A DNA stretch of 64,000 nt from a candidate division FCPU426 bacterium (GCA_963719085.1 CAVRAL010000004.1:832001-896000); one strand, 5' to 3'. Positions 29,533 to 39,717 are shown, numbered from the stretch's first letter. Numbers and translations are program-made. The notes: generated by a model from the sequence alone, not told the origin.

Positions 29533-29677
29533 AGTCCTGGCTTAGGCCCGCGCTTTTTAAGCTGAAATCGGCCCTTTTCCTCAGGAAAAGGGTTGCGGTT
29601 AATAAGCCCTGAAGATTATGATGCTAACCCTGACACGACAACCCCAGGTGAATACTATTTAGGAGGCAAGTTTTAAA

Positions 29678-31498
29678 ATGGCAAATGACATCGTAATCGC
29701 ATTCGGCGGCGCGGCGGGCGACGGAAACGCCTCAGCCGGCAACATTCTCGCCCAAGCCAGTGCCCGGCAAGGTTTATCCGTCTACGCGTATAACAGCTAT
29801 CAATCCCTGATTCGCGGCGGCCATTCGTACCTGCGTATCCGCATTTCCAACCAGAAAGTCACCAACCACGGCGATCAAGTGACGGCCTTGGTTTGCTTGA
29901 ACCAAGATTCGATGAACAAGCATTTACAAGAACTCGTCGCCGGCGCCTTTTGCATTTTCAACAGCGACAAGTTGAAGCCCGGCACCGCTCCCGCGGGCGT
30001 GCAGATGTGTCCCTTCCCCTTTTATGAACTGGCCGGCAACGACGCGCTGCCTGTCATGCAGAACACGGTCGCCATCGGGGTTTTGACCCGGATGATCGGC
30101 ATGGACTTCACTTATTTACAATCGGTGTTTGAGCACACTTTCGCCAAGAAGCCCCAAGTCGTGGCCGCCAACATCAAGGCCGCCCGAGCGGGTTACGATT
30201 ACGCGGAAAAGAATTTCAAGCCGATCCAGCCCTTGGAAAAGACGAAAGAGAAGTTGGCCTTCGTCACCGGTAACGAGCTCCTGGCTATGGGCGCCGCCAA
30301 CGCGGGTTGCAAAGTGTATTGCGCTTATCCCATGAGCCCGGCCTCCGGCATCCTTCACTGGATGGGTTCGCATGGCAAGGAACTGGGCATCTGCGTGCGC
30401 CAGGTTGAGGATGAGATCGGCGTGATCAACATGACCATCGGCGCGGCCCAAATGGGAACCCGCGCGATGTGCGCCACCTCGGGAGGCGGATTCGCCCTGA
30501 TGACCGAGGCCGTCGGTATGGCTTCCATCATGGAAATTCCTATCGTGGCTATCAATGTGATGCGCGGCGGACCGTCGACCGGTTTGCCGACCAAGCAGGA
30601 ACAAGGCGACTTGAACCAGGCCATCGGCGCCTCGCCCGGCGATTTCCCCCGGATGATCTTGGCCCCGACGTCCATCCCGGATTGCTACCGCGCGGTGGCG
30701 GAGTCCTTCAACTGGGCGGAGAAATATCAGATCCCGGTCATCCTGCTGTCGGACCTTTTGATGAGCGAAGGCACCGAGACGGTCGGAGTGGACTGGCTGG
30801 ATTACGATCCCAAAATTGAGCGCGGTGAGATGATTTTTGAGCACAAGGGCGGGCCCACCAACTACCTGCGCTACAAAGACACCCCCTCGGGCGTTTCGCC
30901 CCGGGCCATTCCCGGCACGCCGGAACATTTGTACGTTTCCGCCACCGACGAGCATGATGAGGACGGCGTCACCATCTCGGACGTTTACACCGACCCGCTG
31001 ATCCGCAAAAAAATGGTCGATAAGCGCTCGCGCAAAATGGACGCGCTCTTGAAAGAACTGCCGGCCCCCGTTCTCGAAGGGCCCGCGGACGCCGATACCA
31101 CCGTCATCACCTACGGCTCCACTTGGGGCGTGGTGAACGAAGCCATCGGCCGCTTGAACAAGGAAGGCATCAAGATCAACCACCTTTCCATCAAGTACCT
31201 GGTGCCTTTCCAGGAAAAAGAAGTGGCCGCTTTGCTCAAGGGTAAAAAGAAACTGATCGTGATCGAGATGAACAAGTCGGGCCAGTTCGCCCGCCACTTG
31301 CGCGCCGAGGCCGGCATCACGGTCGACGCCAACATCCGCAAATACGACGGCGAGCCTTTCGAACCCAAGCATGTGGTGGAAGGCATCAAGGAAGTTTTGA
31401 AGGGCAAAACTTTGGTCGAGTCCCAGTCGGTCGAACCCGGCTGGCGCAACCCGCATCCTCCGGGACCGGGCGTTTTGTCGACTTCGTCGACGCATTGA
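29678..31498 (+). CDS. korA: 2-oxoacid:ferredoxin oxidoreductase, alpha subunit (gamma-alpha fusion)
   Basis: Motifs SLIRGGHS, YPMSPAS, QVEDEI, ATSGGGFALM and RGGPSTGLPT. Confidence 0.92.
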   Translation: MANDIVIAFGGAAGDGNASAGNILAQASARQGLSVYAYNSYQSLIRGGHSYLRIRISNQKVTNHGDQVTALVCLNQDSMNKHLQELVAGAFCIFNSDKLKPGTAPAGVQMCPFPFYELAGNDALPVMQNTVAIGVLTRMIGMDFTYLQSVFEHTFAKKPQVVAANIKAARAGYDYAEKNFKPIQPLEKTKEKLAFVTGNELLAMGAANAGCKVYCAYPMSPASGILHWMGSHGKELGICVRQVEDEIGVINMTIGAAQMGTRAMCATSGGGFALMTEAVGMASIMEIPIVAINVMRGGPSTGLPTKQEQGDLNQAIGASPGDFPRMILAPTSIPDCYRAVAESFNWAEKYQIPVILLSDLLMSEGTETVGVDWLDYDPKIERGEMIFEHKGGPTNYLRYKDTPSGVSPRAIPGTPEHLYVSATDEHDEDGVTISDVYTDPLIRKKMVDKRSRKMDALLKELPAPVLEGPADADTTVITYGSTWGVVNEAIGRLNKEGIKINHLSIKYLVPFQEKEVAALLKGKKKLIVIEMNKSGQFARHLRAEAGITVDANIRKYDGEPFEPKHVVEGIKEVLKGKTLVESQSVEPGWRNPHPPGPGVLSTSSTH

Positions 31499-31555
31499 TC
31501 GGAAACTAAAAGAAGATTCATCGAACCCTTCGGGGTCCAAAAACAGGAGGATTTT

Positions 31556-32449
31556 ATGCCTATAGCGGTAGCCGCCCCCAGAGACGCGAAAGCTTTTAAA
31601 GCCGAAGTTCCGCCGGATTGGTGTCCGGGCTGCGGGGACTACGGGGTTTTGACCGTTCTCCAGCGCGCTTGCGGGGAATTGGGAATCTTGAACCACGAGC
31701 TGATGGTGGTATCGGGCATCGGCTGCTCATCCAACCTGCCGGGCTTTTTCAAATCCTACGGCATGCATTCCCTGCACGGCCGCTCTTTGCCGGTCGCCAC
31801 CGGCGCCAAGATCGCCAACCATGAAATGACCGTCATCGCCTGCGGCGGCGACGGGGACGGCTACGGCATCGGCCAGGGCCATTTCATCCATTCCATGCGC
31901 CGCAACATCAACCTGACCTACATCGTCATGGACAATGAGATCTACGGATTGACCACGGGACAAACCTCCCCGACGTCGGAAACCGGCATGAAGACCAAGT
32001 CCACGCCCAACGGTAACCCCGAAGGCCAGCTCAACCCCATGGCGTTGGCCTTGGCGGCGGGCTGCGGTTTCGTGGCGCGCGGTTTTTCCGGCGACATCAA
32101 CCACTTGAAGAGCCTCTACACCCAAGCCATCCAGTACCCGGGTTTCGCCTTGATCGACGTGTTCTCGCCTTGCGTGACGTTCAACAAGCAGAACACCTTC
32201 GGCTGGTTCAAGGAACGAGTTTATAAGCTCGAGGAAAAGGGCCATGACGTGACCAATTGGGCCGCGGCCATGGACCGGGCGAAAGAATGGGGAACGCAGA
32301 TTCCGATCGGCGTGCTCTACAAGAACCCGAACCCGAAGCCTTCCATCGACGCGGCGGATCCGGCCCTGCAAGGGACGGCCTTGGCCCGTCAGACCAAGCT
32401 GGGTCTGACCAAGGAACAACGCGCGAAGCTGATCGAAGAGTACGTTTAA
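31556..32449 (+). CDS. korB: 2-oxoacid:ferredoxin oxidoreductase, beta subunit
   Basis: Motifs WCPGCGD, GIGCSS, TPP motif GGDGD...N and YGLTTGQTSPT. Confidence 0.93.
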   Translation: MPIAVAAPRDAKAFKAEVPPDWCPGCGDYGVLTVLQRACGELGILNHELMVVSGIGCSSNLPGFFKSYGMHSLHGRSLPVATGAKIANHEMTVIACGGDGDGYGIGQGHFIHSMRRNINLTYIVMDNEIYGLTTGQTSPTSETGMKTKSTPNGNPEGQLNPMALALAAGCGFVARGFSGDINHLKSLYTQAIQYPGFALIDVFSPCVTFNKQNTFGWFKERVYKLEEKGHDVTNWAAAMDRAKEWGTQIPIGVLYKNPNPKPSIDAADPALQGTALARQTKLGLTKEQRAKLIEEYV

Positions 32450-32516
32450 TCACTTTCGGCTTCAAATTTGTCGGCTGAAACAGTTTCGTCGGTAAATTAG
32501 TTTCAACACGAATTAT

Positions 32517-32552
32517 GGCCCTTCTCGGAACGAGAAGGGCCTTTTCTTTTTT
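32517..32552 (+). terminator. Intrinsic terminator after korB
   Basis: GGCCCTTCTCG / CGAGAAGGGCC hairpin followed by a T-tract. Confidence 0.8.
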
Positions 32553-32664
32553 GGGCACTTTTGATTAAATAACGCCTCGCTAAAACGATTTCCGTCCTGA
32601 CGGCGTTAGGCTTCGCCCCCGTCCCCAACGAGCGTTTTTCCGAAACCATCCCAGGAGGCTTTTC

Positions 32665-33651
32665 ATGGAAGAGATCGTTGATATCAACATCGTCGGCGGC
32701 GGCCCGTCCGGAATGTTCGCGGCTTTTTACGCCGGTATCCGTGGAATGAATTTTAAGATCATCGATTCTTTGGAAGCCCTCGGCGGCCAAGTGTCGGCCA
32801 TGTACCCTGAGAAAGACATCTTCGACGTGGCCGGTTTCCCGCGCGTGGCGGGCAAGGACTTGGTCAAGCAATTGGAAGCCCAGTTGATGCGCTTTAAGCC
32901 GCCCCTCGCGCTCGGTGAAAAAGTATTGTCCCTCACCAAGCGCCCGGACAATGTGTTTGAGCTTACGACCCAAAACGGCAAAAAACATTTATCCAAGACC
33001 GTGCTCCTCACTTTAGGCATGGGATCCTTCACCCCGAAAAAGCATCCGAACCCGGAGCTGGTTCCTTTCGAGGGAAAGGGCGTCAATTACGGCGTCTTGT
33101 CCCTGGAGCCCTTTAAGGGCAAGGATATCGTGGTGGTGGGCGGCGGCGACTCGGCCATCGACTGGGCCTTGATGCTGGAACCCATCGCGCATTCGGTCAC
33201 CTTGATCCACCGCCGGGACGAGTTCCGCGCGCATGAATCCTCCGTTCAAAAATTGAAGGCCTCCACCTGCAAAGTGAAACTTTGGTACGAGCTTCGCACG
33301 GTCAAGGGCAAGGACCATGTGGAAGAAGCGGTCATTTATGAGAACCATACCAATCAAGACGAGACGCTCAAAGCCGATTTCGTGGTTTTGAACTTCGGCT
33401 TCCAAGCCACGCTGGGTTTCTTGAAGGAATGGGGTTTGACGCTGGAAAAAAACAAGATTCCCGTCACGCCGAAGATGGAAACCAATATCCCGGGCATTTA
33501 CGCCGCCGGCGATATCGTCACCCACCCTGGCAAATTGGACCTGATCGCCACCGGCTTCGCCGAGGGCGCCACGGCCGTCAATTTCGCCAAGACCTACATC
33601 AACCCGCATGAAAAAGCCGAACCGGGACACAGCTCAAACCTGAAGTGGTAA
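32665..33651 (+). CDS. TrxR-type ferredoxin--NADP+ reductase (YumC-like)
   Basis: Motifs GGGPSG, YPEKDIFDVAGFP, GGGDSA and C-terminal GHSS. No redox CxxC. Confidence 0.88.
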   Translation: MEEIVDINIVGGGPSGMFAAFYAGIRGMNFKIIDSLEALGGQVSAMYPEKDIFDVAGFPRVAGKDLVKQLEAQLMRFKPPLALGEKVLSLTKRPDNVFELTTQNGKKHLSKTVLLTLGMGSFTPKKHPNPELVPFEGKGVNYGVLSLEPFKGKDIVVVGGGDSAIDWALMLEPIAHSVTLIHRRDEFRAHESSVQKLKASTCKVKLWYELRTVKGKDHVEEAVIYENHTNQDETLKADFVVLNFGFQATLGFLKEWGLTLEKNKIPVTPKMETNIPGIYAAGDIVTHPGKLDLIATGFAEGATAVNFAKTYINPHEKAEPGHSSNLKW

Positions 33652-33667
33652 ACCTAAGGCTTTAGAG

Positions 33668-33740
33668 CAATGATGGACGCAGATAAACGCAGGTAGAAAA
33701 AAATATTTTTAATCGGCGTTCATCAGTCTTTATCAATGCT
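33668..33740. repeat. REP-like palindrome (GGACGCAGAT family)
   Basis: CAATGATGGACGCAGAT ... ATCGGCGT, shared with the copy at 48607. Confidence 0.55.
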
Positions 33741-33769
33741 CCTGACTTTTGATTTTTGAGGGAGGCGCC

Positions 33770-34606
33770 ATGGCCATCGACGTGAAGACGCACCGCGGGT
33801 TGTTTTTTACCCTCCGCAAAGACGCTTGGTGGATTGAGCCCCTCTTTTATATCTCGCTTTTTGGCGGCTTCACGGTTTACGCCACCTGGGCGGCCTTGAA
33901 TCCCTTTGGACAAGATGGCCGGCCCCTTTATGAATGGGGCCCCTACCTTTCCCCGATGTTTTCCCCCTTTTTTAACCCCGCTTGGCTTCATCATTTGCCG
34001 GCCTGGCTCTCTTGGATCGGCACGCCCGCCTTGCTGGTGCTTTGGGCGCCGGGCGGCTTTCGCGGAACCTGCTATTACTACCGTAAGGCCTATTACCGCT
34101 CCATCTTCCTGAATCCCCCGGGATGCGCCGTGGGCGAAGGCTGCGTGAAGTATGAGGGCGAGACCAAGTTTTTCATCTTCCAGAACCTGCACCGCTACTT
34201 CATGTATGTCGCCTTGGTTTTCATCCTGATCTTGTCTTGGGACGCGGTTTTGGCCATGATCTGGGCCGTGGATGCCACCCCGGCCGCGGGGCTGGGCGTC
34301 GCCCCCCTGGTGGTCAAATATAAGTTCGGCATGGGCGTGGGTACCCTCGTCATGATTTTGAACGCCATTCTTTTGGGCGGTTATACCCTGGGCTGCCACG
34401 CTTTCCGCCATCTGGTCGGCGGGGGCCTGGATTTTTTACGGGTGAAAAAAAATAACCCGGTCCGGTTTTTTCTCTGGGGCGTGGTCACGCATCTCAATGA
34501 AAAGCACATGCAATGGGCGCTGGTGTCCATGATCTGGGTGGGCCTGACCGATTTGTATATCCGGCTTTGCGCCATGGGCGTGATTCACGATTACAGGATT
34601 TTTTAA
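33770..34606 (+). CDS. Succinate dehydrogenase membrane anchor (actinobacterial Sdh1/Rv0249c-like)
   Basis: Motifs FRGTCYYYRKAYYRS, FQNLHRYF and GCHAFRHLVGG. Lies upstream of sdhAB. Confidence 0.82.
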   Translation: MAIDVKTHRGLFFTLRKDAWWIEPLFYISLFGGFTVYATWAALNPFGQDGRPLYEWGPYLSPMFSPFFNPAWLHHLPAWLSWIGTPALLVLWAPGGFRGTCYYYRKAYYRSIFLNPPGCAVGEGCVKYEGETKFFIFQNLHRYFMYVALVFILILSWDAVLAMIWAVDATPAAGLGVAPLVVKYKFGMGVGTLVMILNAILLGGYTLGCHAFRHLVGGGLDFLRVKKNNPVRFFLWGVVTHLNEKHMQWALVSMIWVGLTDLYIRLCAMGVIHDYRIF

Positions 34607-34608
34607 AT

Positions 34609-34751
34609 TAGAACCAACACAAAAAGCTCACGCAAAGACGCAAAGGAAAGCGAAATCCTGGGTTTTAAAACGAAAGATAATCTTACTTTGTCCTTCTTGG
34701 CGTCTTAGCGTCTTTGCGTGAGCAGGTTGTTTTGGTTAAGTTCTTAAATTT
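34609..34751. repeat. REP-like composite element, copy 1
   Basis: GCTCACGCAAAGACGC ... GCGTCTTTGCGTGAGC arms. Flanks are shared with the copy at 36651. Confidence 0.8.
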
Positions 34752-34772
34752 AGTTTCAGAGGTTTTTGACTC

Positions 34773-36653
34773 ATGAGCGATAACTACCAATCTTACGAGT
34801 ATGACGTATTAGTGATAGGCGCCGGCGGCGCGGGGCTTCGGGCCGCCATTGAGGCGTCCAAGGCGGGCTGCAAGACCGGGCTGGTTTGTAAATCGCTCCT
34901 GGGCAAGGCCCACACGGTGATGGCGGAGGGCGGCATCGCGGCGGCTTTGGCCACGGTGGACTCGCGCGATTCGTGGAAACAGCATTTTTCCGACACGCTC
35001 ATCGGCGGCAATTTCGGCAATCACTGGAAGATGGCGGAAATCCACGCCAAGCAAGCGCCCGACCGGGTGCGGGAACTGGAAACTTGGGGCGCGGTGTTTG
35101 ACCGTACCACCGACGGCAAGGGCAATATCAACGTGCGCCATTTCGGCGGACACACCTACAAGCGCCTGGCCCACGTGGGCGACCGCACCGGGCTGGAACT
35201 GATCCGCACCCTGCAGGACAAGGGCATCCACAGCGGCATCGATGTCCACATGGAATGCACCATCTACTCGCTCCTCAAAGACGGCGAGAAAATCGCCGGG
35301 GCCTACGGTTATTTCCGCGAGACCGGCCGGCCGGTTCTTTTCAAAGCCAAGTCGATCATCGTGTCCACCGGCGGCATCGGCAAACTTTATTCGGTCAATT
35401 CTAACTCCTGGGAATGCACGGGCGACGGCTTCGCGCTGGCTTATCTGGCGGGCGCGGAATTGGCGGACATGGAATATGTCCAGTTTCACCCCACGGGCAT
35501 GGTGTGGCCCGCTTCCGTGAAGGGGCTTCTCATCACCGAGGGCGTGCGCGGCGAAGGCGGCGTTCTCAAGAACAACAAGGGCGAGCGGTTTATGTTCAAG
35601 TACATCCCGCCCAAGTACCAGGGTAAGTACGCCGAGACCGAGGAAGAAGCCAACGCTTGGTTCCAAAAGGTCGTGGTCGAGGGCCAAAAGGAAGAGACGG
35701 TCAAGGAACGCAAACCCCCCGAACTGATGAGCCGGGACGTGGTGGCCCGCGCGCTTTGGAACGAGATCAAAGAAGGCCGGGGCGGCGAGCACGGCGGCGT
35801 GTATCTGGATATCGCCTCGCGCCGTTCCGCCGAGGACATCAAGAAAAAATTGCCGTCCATGTACCACCAGTTCAAGCAATTGGCGGACGTGGATATCACC
35901 AAGGTGCCGATGGAAATCGCGCCCACCTGCCATTACATGATGGGCGGCGTGAAGGTCGATCCGGAAACCCAGGCTTCCAACGTGCCGGGGCTTTTCGCGG
36001 CGGGCGAATGCTCGGCCGGGATGCACGGCTCGAACCGTTTGGGCGGGAATTCCCTTTCCGATCTGGTCGTCTTCGGCAAATTGGCCGGGGAACACGCGGC
36101 GGCTTACGCGAAAAAAGCCCCGGCTCCCAAGATCGACGAGTCGCTTTTGGAAGGCTTGAACAAGGAAATGAACGCCCCCTTCGACCATCAAGGCGGGGAA
36201 GTGTCTTACGCGCTTTTGGCCGATCTTCAAAAGGCCATGGAAAAGGGCGCCGGCATGTACCGGGAAGAAGGCTTGCTGGACGGCTGCCTGAAAGATTTGG
36301 AAGCCTTAAAGGCGCGCTTGCCGAAAGTTTCGGCCGAGGGCAACCGGCTCTTCAATCCCGGCTGGCATGTGGCGCTGGACCTTCGCAATATGCTGATCGT
36401 GGGCGAGGCGTTGGCCCGGGCGGCCAAGGAACGCAAAGAATCCCGCGGCGGCCATACCCGCACCGATTACACAACCTACTCCAAGGACTTCGCCAAGAAG
36501 CGCGTGGTAATCCGCCAGAAAAACGGCAAGATGGAAGTCGTGCAGGAAGACTTGCCGCAGGTTCCGGCCGAGCTGGAAGCGGAGTTGGTGAAGGAAGGTT
36601 TCCTAAAGCCGGAAATCTTGAAGCAGCTACGGGGAGAGGCCCCGGCGCACTAG
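34773..36653 (+). CDS. sdhA: Succinate dehydrogenase/fumarate reductase flavoprotein
   Basis: Motifs GAGGAG, AHTVMAEGG, QFHPTG, TEGVRGEGG, HYMMGG and GSNRLGGNSL. Confidence 0.93.
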   Translation: MSDNYQSYEYDVLVIGAGGAGLRAAIEASKAGCKTGLVCKSLLGKAHTVMAEGGIAAALATVDSRDSWKQHFSDTLIGGNFGNHWKMAEIHAKQAPDRVRELETWGAVFDRTTDGKGNINVRHFGGHTYKRLAHVGDRTGLELIRTLQDKGIHSGIDVHMECTIYSLLKDGEKIAGAYGYFRETGRPVLFKAKSIIVSTGGIGKLYSVNSNSWECTGDGFALAYLAGAELADMEYVQFHPTGMVWPASVKGLLITEGVRGEGGVLKNNKGERFMFKYIPPKYQGKYAETEEEANAWFQKVVVEGQKEETVKERKPPELMSRDVVARALWNEIKEGRGGEHGGVYLDIASRRSAEDIKKKLPSMYHQFKQLADVDITKVPMEIAPTCHYMMGGVKVDPETQASNVPGLFAAGECSAGMHGSNRLGGNSLSDLVVFGKLAGEHAAAYAKKAPAPKIDESLLEGLNKEMNAPFDHQGGEVSYALLADLQKAMEKGAGMYREEGLLDGCLKDLEALKARLPKVSAEGNRLFNPGWHVALDLRNMLIVGEALARAAKERKESRGGHTRTDYTTYSKDFAKKRVVIRQKNGKMEVVQEDLPQVPAELEAELVKEGFLKPEILKQLRGEAPAH

Positions 36654-36811
36654 AACCAACACAAAAAGCTCACGCAAAGACGCTAAGACGCCAAGTAAGG
36701 CCAAGGCGGGACTGGGTTTAAAGATTTAAGATGCCTAACAATTGAACAAGAGATCATGATTTCCTTTGCGTCTTTGCGTGAGCAGTTGGTTTTGGTTAAG
36801 TTCTTAAATTT
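36651..36811. repeat. REP-like composite element, copy 2
   Basis: Same flanks as 34609-34751, with the inner arm variants swapped. Confidence 0.8.
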
Positions 36812-36905
36812 TGTTTTTGTGGTTTTGCTGGATGGGGGACATCCAGTGGTTGCGTCGGGGCTTCAAGCGGGGGGATGTTGAGACGCGGAAATTAAGGAGC
36901 AGGCC

Positions 36906-37637
36906 ATGTCAAAAGTCCATTTAAGGGTCTATCGGGGCAATTCCGAGGGCGGCCAATTAAAGGATTACGATGTCGAGGTGGACGAGGGCATGGTGGTGCT
37001 GGACGCCATCCATCGCCTGCAAGCGACCCAAGCCTCCGATTTGGCCTGCCGCTGGAACTGCAAGGCGGGCAAATGCGGATCCTGCTCGGCGGAGATCAAC
37101 GGCAAACCCAGGCTCATGTGCATGTCCCGTTTGAACGAGTACAAAGACGGTGAAACCATCACGGTCACGCCGATGAAAACCTTCCCGATCATGAAAGACC
37201 TGGCCACCGACGTTTCTTGGAACTATGAGGTGAACAAGCGCATCCCGCCCTTCACGCCGAAGGAAGGCGCCGATTGGCATTGGGAACAGCAGGATGTGGA
37301 CCGGGTCCAGGAATTCCGCAAATGCATCGAGTGTTTTTTGTGCCAGGACACCTGCCACGTGTTGCGCGACCACGATAAAAAGACGTCTTTCGCCGGTCCG
37401 CGCTTTTTTGCCCGCATCGCCTCGCTGGAGATGCATCCCATCGACGGCTTGGACCGAACGGGCCTGCTCAAGGACCAGCATGGGTTGGGCCTTTGCAACA
37501 TCACCAAGTGCTGTACCGAAGTCTGCCCCGAATCGATCCACATCACGGACAACGCCATCATTCCTTTGAAGGAACGCGTGGTGGACAAGTATTACGACCC
37601 GATCAAAATGCTCTGGCACAAGGTGACGGGGAAATAA
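36906..37637 (+). CDS. sdhB: Succinate dehydrogenase/fumarate reductase Fe-S subunit
   Basis: Motifs CKAGKCGSC, CIECFLCQDTC and CNITKCCTEVCP. Confidence 0.93.
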   Translation: MSKVHLRVYRGNSEGGQLKDYDVEVDEGMVVLDAIHRLQATQASDLACRWNCKAGKCGSCSAEINGKPRLMCMSRLNEYKDGETITVTPMKTFPIMKDLATDVSWNYEVNKRIPPFTPKEGADWHWEQQDVDRVQEFRKCIECFLCQDTCHVLRDHDKKTSFAGPRFFARIASLEMHPIDGLDRTGLLKDQHGLGLCNITKCCTEVCPESIHITDNAIIPLKERVVDKYYDPIKMLWHKVTGK

Positions 37638-37689
37638 GCGGGTTTTTATTCGAAACCGTATCGTCTAAATCCATATAAAAAGAGTAGTT

Positions 37690-38337
37690 ATGAAAAAACA
37701 ATTAATGGTTTTGGCCGTCATTTTGGGCTTGGTAAGTTCCGCCAGCGCGCAACCGGTTGGTTTTGGAATTAAAGCCGGCGCTGATTTGGCGACAGAAGCC
37801 GCCGATACCCTTGGCCCCAACTATAGCGAGAGCTTTCGCCTCGGGTTTAATGGGGGTATTTTCACCGTATTTTCTTTGGCGGATTTTATTGAATTCCAGC
37901 CCGAACTCCAATTCATCCAAAAAGGGTTCCAATCGCACGCCAGTCATGTTCTTGTCAGCGGTGGTGGTGGCAGTGTTTATACAAGCGTCAACGATTCAAT
38001 TACAGCTAATTACCTGGAAATTCCATTGGCCTTTAACTTTGGCACGCCCCTGGGTTCTGGCTGGGAAGGAAACTTGCAAGTGGGTCCGACCATGGCCTTT
38101 CTTTTGAGTGGGAACGAATACACGGATGCCGGTTCCTATGGATCGAGCAACCACGATATCACCGATGAATTCACTTCCTTTGAGGCGGGATTTTTATTGG
38201 GCGCGGGCCTTCGTACGGGGAACTGGCTTTTAGACGCGCGCTACGAACGGGGTCTAACCTCAGTTAATAGTTATTCCGGGGGCGACGCTGTAGTCAACAG
38301 CTTGTTCACACTTCAGCTAGGCTACCGGCTTTTTTAA
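37690..38337 (+). CDS. Outer-membrane beta-barrel (porin family) protein, paralog 3
   Basis: Signal peptide, GIKAG, QPELQFIQKG, YLEIPL and C-terminal GYRLF. Confidence 0.82.
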   Translation: MKKQLMVLAVILGLVSSASAQPVGFGIKAGADLATEAADTLGPNYSESFRLGFNGGIFTVFSLADFIEFQPELQFIQKGFQSHASHVLVSGGGGSVYTSVNDSITANYLEIPLAFNFGTPLGSGWEGNLQVGPTMAFLLSGNEYTDAGSYGSSNHDITDEFTSFEAGFLLGAGLRTGNWLLDARYERGLTSVNSYSGGDAVVNSLFTLQLGYRLF

Positions 38338-38348
38338 GGCGGGGCTTC

Positions 38349-38756
38349 ATGGCGGGTTACTCAAAAACTCCCCTTATTCAAAAGCTCGGCATCAAGCCGG
38401 GGTTCAAGGTTTGTTTTCTGAACGAGCCCTTCGATTATGTGAAAAACCTTCATTTGCCTGTGGATGTTGAGGTGCTGACCCGTCCGAAACTTCCCATGGA
38501 TTTCATCCAAGGTTTTTTCAAAGACAAAAAAACTTACGAAAAAAGCCTGCCCGGACTTAAAAAAACACTCGCGCCCAGCGGCATGATTTGGGCTTGCTGG
38601 CCCAAGGCCGCTTCCAAAGTCCCTACGGATTTGACCGAATCCGGCGTCCGTAATTTCGGTTTGAAATCCGGTTTGGTCGATATCAAGGTCTGCGCGGTGG
38701 ATGAGGTTTGGTCAGGCTTGAAATTCGTCATACCTGCCGCGGAAAGGATCGGATGA
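38349..38756 (+). CDS. DUF3052 family protein
   Basis: Motifs MAGYSKTPL..KLGIK, WPK and GLVDIKVCAVDEVWSGLKFV. Confidence 0.85.
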   Translation: MAGYSKTPLIQKLGIKPGFKVCFLNEPFDYVKNLHLPVDVEVLTRPKLPMDFIQGFFKDKKTYEKSLPGLKKTLAPSGMIWACWPKAASKVPTDLTESGVRNFGLKSGLVDIKVCAVDEVWSGLKFVIPAAERIG

Positions 38757-38757
38757 A

Positions 38758-39717
38758 TCAGCCGTCTTCCTTGCGGTTTTGGAAATAGCGCAAGGCCCAC
38801 CGTCGCAGGTCATCCCGGTTTGGCCCGAAATTCCAAAGCCCGGCCTCGGATAAGCGAAGGTCCTTTTCCGGGTCGAAGCCCAGGGCGTTCAAATCCGAGG
38901 CCCGGCTGAGATATTGGCGGTCTTGGATTTCACCGTGCCACAGGTGCAGGGCCTTTCCTTTCACGAACCCGACACTGGATCCAACCGCCGAATGGATTTT
39001 TTCGCACCAGGGAACTACATGGGATTCCTGGGCGGCGTTCCCTCCCGTGGATTTTTTCAGGCAAGGCGACTTCCAATCCCCGCAAAAGGCGTGCGCCATC
39101 ACCTCGTCCGCGCCCCCGCCGATAAAGCGGTCGTAAAATCCGTGATTGTCGAAAATATCCCGCCTCGCGGCCCAGGCGAATCCCGTGTGCCCATGGACGT
39201 CGAAATTCCCCGACAGGAGGGCGTCTGGGTTTTTGGCATAAACGGCGCCGAAGCCCTCGTAAAGCTTATCGCCTTCCCCCGGGGTCGCGCGCCCCGCGGA
39301 AAGCATGGTGATTTCCTCAAAGAGTTGGACGACCGCGAAACGGTCCAAAAGGCGGGAGGCCTGGACGGCCCATTGGGGGTTCTCAAACAACACGTCGTTG
39401 TCGATCCAGGCGATTTTGGTGAAACGGACGGGAATATGACGCAAGGCCAAGTTCAAAAGCCTTTCCTTTTGCCAAAGAACGTCCTGTCCCCTCACCCGCA
39501 AAAGATGGCCGGATTCGGGCAGTTGAAAAGGCTCATCCTTAAAGGCGCATTCCACCATCTTCCAACCTATCCCGGATCGGTCCAGTTGTTCGCTGAACAC
39601 GCGGGCGTTGTCCCGTCGGCTGTTGAAATGGCGCGGATTGTAGTAGGTGGAAAGGACGAAAAGGTCATCCACGGGCTCGTAGGGTCCGATAGTGGAAAGA
39701 CCGGCCTGGTTTTTCAT
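38758..39717 (-). CDS. GT-A-fold glycosyltransferase-like protein
   Basis: Motifs WQKERLLN, DxD-like WIDND, GFAWAARR, GGAD and HLWHG. Confidence 0.55.
   Translation of the reverse strand: MKNQAGLSTIGPYEPVDDLFVLSTYYNPRHFNSRRDNARVFSEQLDRSGIGWKMVECAFKDEPFQLPESGHLLRVRGQDVLWQKERLLNLALRHIPVRFTKIAWIDNDVLFENPQWAVQASRLLDRFAVVQLFEEITMLSAGRATPGEGDKLYEGFGAVYAKNPDALLSGNFDVHGHTGFAWAARRDIFDNHGFYDRFIGGGADEVMAHAFCGDWKSPCLKKSTGGNAAQESHVVPWCEKIHSAVGSSVGFVKGKALHLWHGEIQDRQYLSRASDLNALGFDPEKDLRLSEAGLWNFGPNRDDLRRWALRYFQNRKEDG

Noticed and set aside
30116..31696. Long antisense ORFs (also 34809-36230, 49864-51036, 16527-17402, 4711-5679)
   Set aside because: These are shadows of strongly codon-biased genes on the opposite strand.
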